In this document: positions 60,183 through 64,000 of the stretch, one piece after another | Layout of the letters: each line of letters starts with the position of its first letter | Position numbering within the stretch: position 1 is the first letter of the stretch | Assembly: GCA_963693365.1 (NCBI GenBank) | Contig: CAVNZM010000009.1 | Location: 3,914,646 to 3,978,645, forward strand | Length of the DNA: 64,000 nucleotides | Direction of reading: 5' to 3' | Source: Amoebidium appalachense | Lineage: Eukaryota; Protista; Ichthyosporea | Translations under genes and position numbers: made by a program | Notes under the pieces: generated by a model | Databases searched by the model: none | What the model was told of the DNA's origin: nothing | Seen by the model: only the letters and a program-made list of their open reading frames with translations

Positions 60183-60599
60183 GTTTTGTACACACCACGC
60201 CAGATGCGTGGCGCAATCAACTTCACGTGTACTTTTTGTTATTAGCTTGGTTCGAATGGTGTAACCTTATTGTAACATAGATAACATGCTGGTGTATGAA
60301 TGTTATGCATGTACATACATTATGACGTGCGTCTGATAGCACAGATAACATTACGTGTATCATACTGTTAACCCTGTAAACAACAGTGTGTGTACCATAA
60401 TTATACGTTTGATATCCGAATGATATAAATGGTACCTGTGGTATCCCGAATAAACTGTGCGAAGGCCCATCATCCGGGTATCCTTGCAGCATCAGCCATT
60501 AAAAATAGCCAATCAAAGGCCAGAGAGCAATTGGAATAATGCTGAGAATCCCACAATTGGATTGGGCGATGGACTTGGTAAGGGTCGAATCAAATCGCG

Positions 60600-60905
60600 A
60601 AGGGCCGCCAGGTCCGGAGCCCGGAGCACGGCGCCCGGCCCGCGCGGGGTCTGGGGGGACGGGGTCCGGGGGGGACGGCGTGGGGCACGGCGCCCGGGGT
60701 CCGGGGGGACGGGGTCTGGGGGGACGGGGGTGGAGTGGACGGTCGCTAACCCCGGGCCGCCGGGCCGGGCCGGGCCGGGGGGGGTGGCTCGCGGGCCGGG
60801 CCGGGCCGCCGGGTCCCCGGGTCCCCGGGCCCCAGGCCTAGCGGCCTAGGGCCTATGGCCCAATAGACGGGCCTGCGGCCCGTTAAGGCCTTCGGCCCGA
60901 CCCGG
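60600..60905. repeat. Extremely GC/CpG-rich patch of ggccg/ccggg and gggggacggggt repeats
   Basis: Directly visible low-complexity GC-rich tract downstream of the transposase. Confidence 0.7.
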
Positions 60906-61127
60906 AAAACCTTACAACCAACCCGAATATCCAACAAGCCAAGTGAAACTTGGACTAGTCACGTGGCCTGGTAACTTTGAGATCACACCACACCAAACCA
61001 TCTCCGATCCGATCGCGATCAATCTATTTCCCACTTCCCACTTTTCCCACTTAAAATCGAAAAAGAGAAAAAAAAAGAGACAAAACAAACGATACAGCAT
61101 TACCCACTTCTAAGTGGGAAAGTGGCC

Positions 61128-61348
61128 AGAGAGAGAGAGAGAGAGAGAAAAGAGAGAGAGAAAAAAGCTAAGTCTACACGAGAGAGAGAGAGAAAAGAGA
61201 GAGAGAAAAAAGCTAAGTCTACACGAGAGAGAGAGAGAAAAGAGAGAGAGAAAAAAGCTAAGTCTACACGAGAGAGAGAGAGAAAAAAAAGCTAAGTCTA
61301 CACGAGAGAGAGAGAGAGAAAAAAGCTAAGTCTACACGAGCTAAGTCT
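61128..61348 (+). repeat. 45-bp tandem repeat (GA-rich + aagctaagtctacacg)
   Basis: Core aagctaagtctacacg occurs five times; the first three are 45 bp apart. Confidence 0.85.
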
Positions 61349-61364
61349 TGACCCGGGCAGGGGG

Positions 61365-61535
61365 GGGGCAGGGGGGGCAGGGGGGGCAGGTGAGGCACGT
61401 GAGGCAGGGGGGGCAGGAGGGGCAGGTGAGGCACGTGAGGCAGGGGGGGCAGGGGGGGCAGGTGAGGCAGGGGGGCACGTGAGGCAGGGGGGCACGTGAG
61501 GCAGGGGGGCACGTGAGGCACGTGAGGCAGGGGGG
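61365..61535 (+). repeat. Tandem array of ggca(c/g)gtgaggca units containing CACGTG/CAGGTG
   Basis: About ten E-box-type hexamers in ~160 bp. Confidence 0.8.
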
Positions 61536-61717
61536 CCGGGGGCGGGGGGGGGGGGTTTATTTGGAATAACAGGGATCTGTATATACTTCACGGGGTTTAT
61601 TTTAGCATACAATACGGGTATAACAATTCCCAACCCACATATTCTGATCAACATCAATGATCTAAATTCGAGCATATAAATTCCAAAAGGTGAGTGTCGG
61701 TTTTTTCTATATACAGG

Positions 61718-62728
61718 TCATTCATCCTCGGTATGATCGGATTGTACATTCATATTTGGACGGAAAAGGAGAGAGGGACGAGATGTGTTATGGTACACAA
61801 CCAGAGATACACCATTGTCGTCATCACCACTATTTTCACTTTCACTTTCGCTTTCACTTTCACTCTCGTCGCCTGACTCGCAATAGGCAAATGTACGCAC
61901 ACGTTCCAAACGCACATGTTCCTCCAAAGACTCCATCTCCACATACAAAGCAAGAGCATCACCACCACCACCACCACCCAAATCGTCACAACTACTCTTA
62001 CGTCGTTTGACGGAGTCGCCAGAACCGCGTCGGCGAGGCAGACCACAACCAAAATGACACTCTTTCGGCTCGACGTTGTGATATCGCTTCAGACGCTGTT
62101 CGTTGTTGTACACGTCGCTTGTGAGTTTGGATTTCTGTGCCTGTAGCACTTTAATCTGACGAGAAAGGGCCCCAATCTCGTCCTTCTTCTGGGTATTCAC
62201 GGCGGAGGTAAGGGCATACAAATACGAATACTCGGCCAACACACAACTGAAAACCTTCTTGTCTTCATCGGTCACAGGCCACGGGTCTTGGTCGTATAGA
62301 GCACTGTCACGATATGTCATGAACGCGATGCATTTGCCAACAACGTCATCCCAATCAGCTTTGTAGGAGCCATGTACTTCGACGTCGGGCGAAAAAATAG
62401 AATCGGCATCGATTTTTTTCAAACACAACCGGAAGTCACGAACACCAATTGTTGCTATACCAGAGGTGTCGAGGGTGAGATGTGCACAAACGTCGAGCAA
62501 CTTATCCAACAAAAAATCATATTCGTCAATCGAATCGACGACAGTTTCGTTAGTCACCGCGAGGACCTGTGCGTGACGCCACAATCTGGCAAGGGAAGGC
62601 AGGGAAATCCGCATGTGGCTTTGCATGCTCGGGTCACGCTTGTGGGGGGGTCTTGTTTCCAGTGCATCAAAGAAATCAATAATAACCCGAAAAGTCCCGG
62701 AGACACGAGCATAGCGAATAGAAGCCAT
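61718..62728 (-). CDS. Uninterrupted hypothetical protein (~336 aa) with coiled-coil and acidic tail
   Basis: ORF from ATG 62728 (MASIRYARVSG...) with normal amino-acid complexity and heptad-like EIGALSRQIKVLQAQKSKLTSDV. No family recognised. Confidence 0.6.
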   Translation of the reverse strand: MASIRYARVSGTFRVIIDFFDALETRPPHKRDPSMQSHMRISLPSLARLWRHAQVLAVTNETVVDSIDEYDFLLDKLLDVCAHLTLDTSGIATIGVRDFRLCLKKIDADSIFSPDVEVHGSYKADWDDVVGKCIAFMTYRDSALYDQDPWPVTDEDKKVFSCVLAEYSYLYALTSAVNTQKKDEIGALSRQIKVLQAQKSKLTSDVYNNEQRLKRYHNVEPKECHFGCGLPRRRGSGDSVKRRKSSCDDLGGGGGGDALALYVEMESLEEHVRLERVRTFAYCESGDESESESESESENSGDDDNGVSLVVYHNTSRPSLLFRPNMNVQSDHTEDE

Positions 62729-62820
62729 TGTGAACCCGTTAACACGAACGATTCCAAACGGGCTTAAAAACACAATCAAACACCGAAATTTTGTGTCGCT
62801 ACATGTCACGGTTCGTAGAC

Positions 62821-63256
62821 GATGGAAAACAGAAAAATAAGTCTCTTCTAAAAAAAGGACGCTTAAAACACGGCTCGTTCACGATGGAAAACAGAAAAAA
62901 AGTCTCTTCTAAAAAAGGACGCTTACAACACGGCTCGTTCACGATGGAAAACAGAAAAAAAGTCTCTTCTAAAAAAGGACGCTTACAACACGGACGCTTA
63001 CAACACGGCTCGTTCACGATGGAAAACAGAAAAAAAGTCTCTTCTAAAAAAGGACGCTTACAACACGGACGCTTACAACACGGCTCGTTCACGATGGAAA
63101 ACAGAAAAAAAGTCTCTTCTAAAAAAGGACGCTTACAACACGGACGCTTACAACACGGCTCGTTCACGATGGAAAACAGAAAAAAAGTCTCTTCTAAAAA
63201 CGGACGCTTACAACACGGACGCTTACAACACGGCTCGTTCACGATGGAAAACAGAA
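62821..63256 (+). repeat. 60/75-bp minisatellite (6 units plus a partial) upstream of the 62728 ORF
   Basis: Units start at 62821, 62883, 62943, 63018, 63093, 63168 and 63243. The 75-bp units are the 60-bp unit plus a duplicated ggacgcttacaacac. Confidence 0.92.
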
Positions 63257-63569
63257 GGCTTCTGCGACGCGAAGAGTCCTTATAAACATCTGCATTAGCG
63301 CAACCACCAAAACGAACCAATGCGCATCACGTAGGGTTCAACTCAGCAGAAACATAGCCAATTAAAACAATGCTTTAATTTCGCTTGGCCAATTAGGGCT
63401 CGCCTTTAACGTTTTTTGGAGTGATTATTTCGTCTGGCCAATCAAGTGGCCTCGTGTTTCGCTTTGCAAAAAAAAAAATAAAGTTCACCGAGTGAACAAC
63501 CAACCAAACCACGCAAAAAGCACGCCACCACACATGCTTCCCATTATGGTGACTACCGCGGCGTTCGGG

Positions 63570-63735
63570 ACCAATCAGATCAGCGGTCAAACCACGCGAA
63601 CCAATCAGATCAACGGTCAAACCGGATGGACCAATCAGATCAACGGTCAAAACACACAAACCAATTAGATCAGCGGTCAAACCGGGCGGACTAATCAGAT
63701 CAGCGGTCAAACCGGGCGGACCAACCAGATCCGAT
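63570..63735 (+). repeat. 30-bp periodic CCAAT-box array
   Basis: accaatcagatca(g/a)cggtcaaa plus 8 variable nt at 63570, 63600, 63630, 63660, 63690, and a partial at 63720. Confidence 0.88.
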
Positions 63736-63847
63736 TTAGATACGGATCGAAAAAAAAGGCCCAGGCGGTGCTGTGAAGGGTCGTATCGCGCGACAGACAC
63801 AGGCTTCCTCTTTTTATTGGTACAAGTGCACAATGTGGCCTTGGGTA

Positions 63848-64000
63848 CATCAGCAAACTTCATCCGGCATCCGAAACCCATCTTATATATCATTTTGATA
63901 TATGGCATACCAAACCCCACCCTAAATACGTCAAAAAGAGCCTGACAAGATATCATAGAATTCCCGGATAGAACCCATCAGATCCCTATCAATGATATCT
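63848..64000 (+). mobile_element. Probable left terminus of another CATCAGCAAAC-ended element
   Basis: gta|CATCAGCAAACTTCATCCGG resembles gtg|CATCAGCAAACTTCCCGG (42396) and gta|CATCAGCAAACATCACC (44230). Confidence 0.45.

Noticed and set aside
62821-63735. CRISPR-like appearance of the 60/75-bp and 30-bp arrays
   Set aside because: No unique spacers of CRISPR length (identical units or only 8 variable nt), no cas genes, and a eukaryotic context.
63393-63956. 187-aa minus-strand ORF
   Set aside because: It runs across the 30-bp array and a probable element junction at 63848, so it is likely spurious.

Overview
Eukaryotic, intron-rich genomic DNA. Nearly every intron is filled with poly-C/poly-G runs and (CA)n/(CT)n microsatellites, so most ORF-track entries are low-complexity artefacts. 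I assembled the real genes by hand from splice sites and exon phase. Host-type genes: a partial polyprenol reductase (SRD5A3/DFG10-like, minus, runs off the window start), a small conserved hypothetical gene (plus, 18.6-24.5 kb) and a GH3 glycosidase whose C-terminal half I could not find (minus, 26.8-32.9 kb). The rest is a dense, partly nested set of mobile elements: a TTAA-flanked 468-bp foldback MITE; a Zisupton/KDZ-type transposase with an embedded 3'-5' exonuclease; a RAG1/Transib-type transposase; a non-autonomous EnSpm-like element; the 3' end of a Ngaro/PAT-type tyrosine-recombinase retroelement; and an intact 9-exon Plavaka transposase. The best candidate for a new system is a large element that begins at a CATCAGCAAAC terminus (44230) and truncates the recombinase gene. 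It carries an intact 6-exon KDM4-like JmjC histone demethylase head-to-head with the Plavaka transposase, consistent with a transposon-borne anti-silencing module. Its right end is not visible in the window. The host is probably an opisthokont, possibly a unicellular holozoan (inference only).
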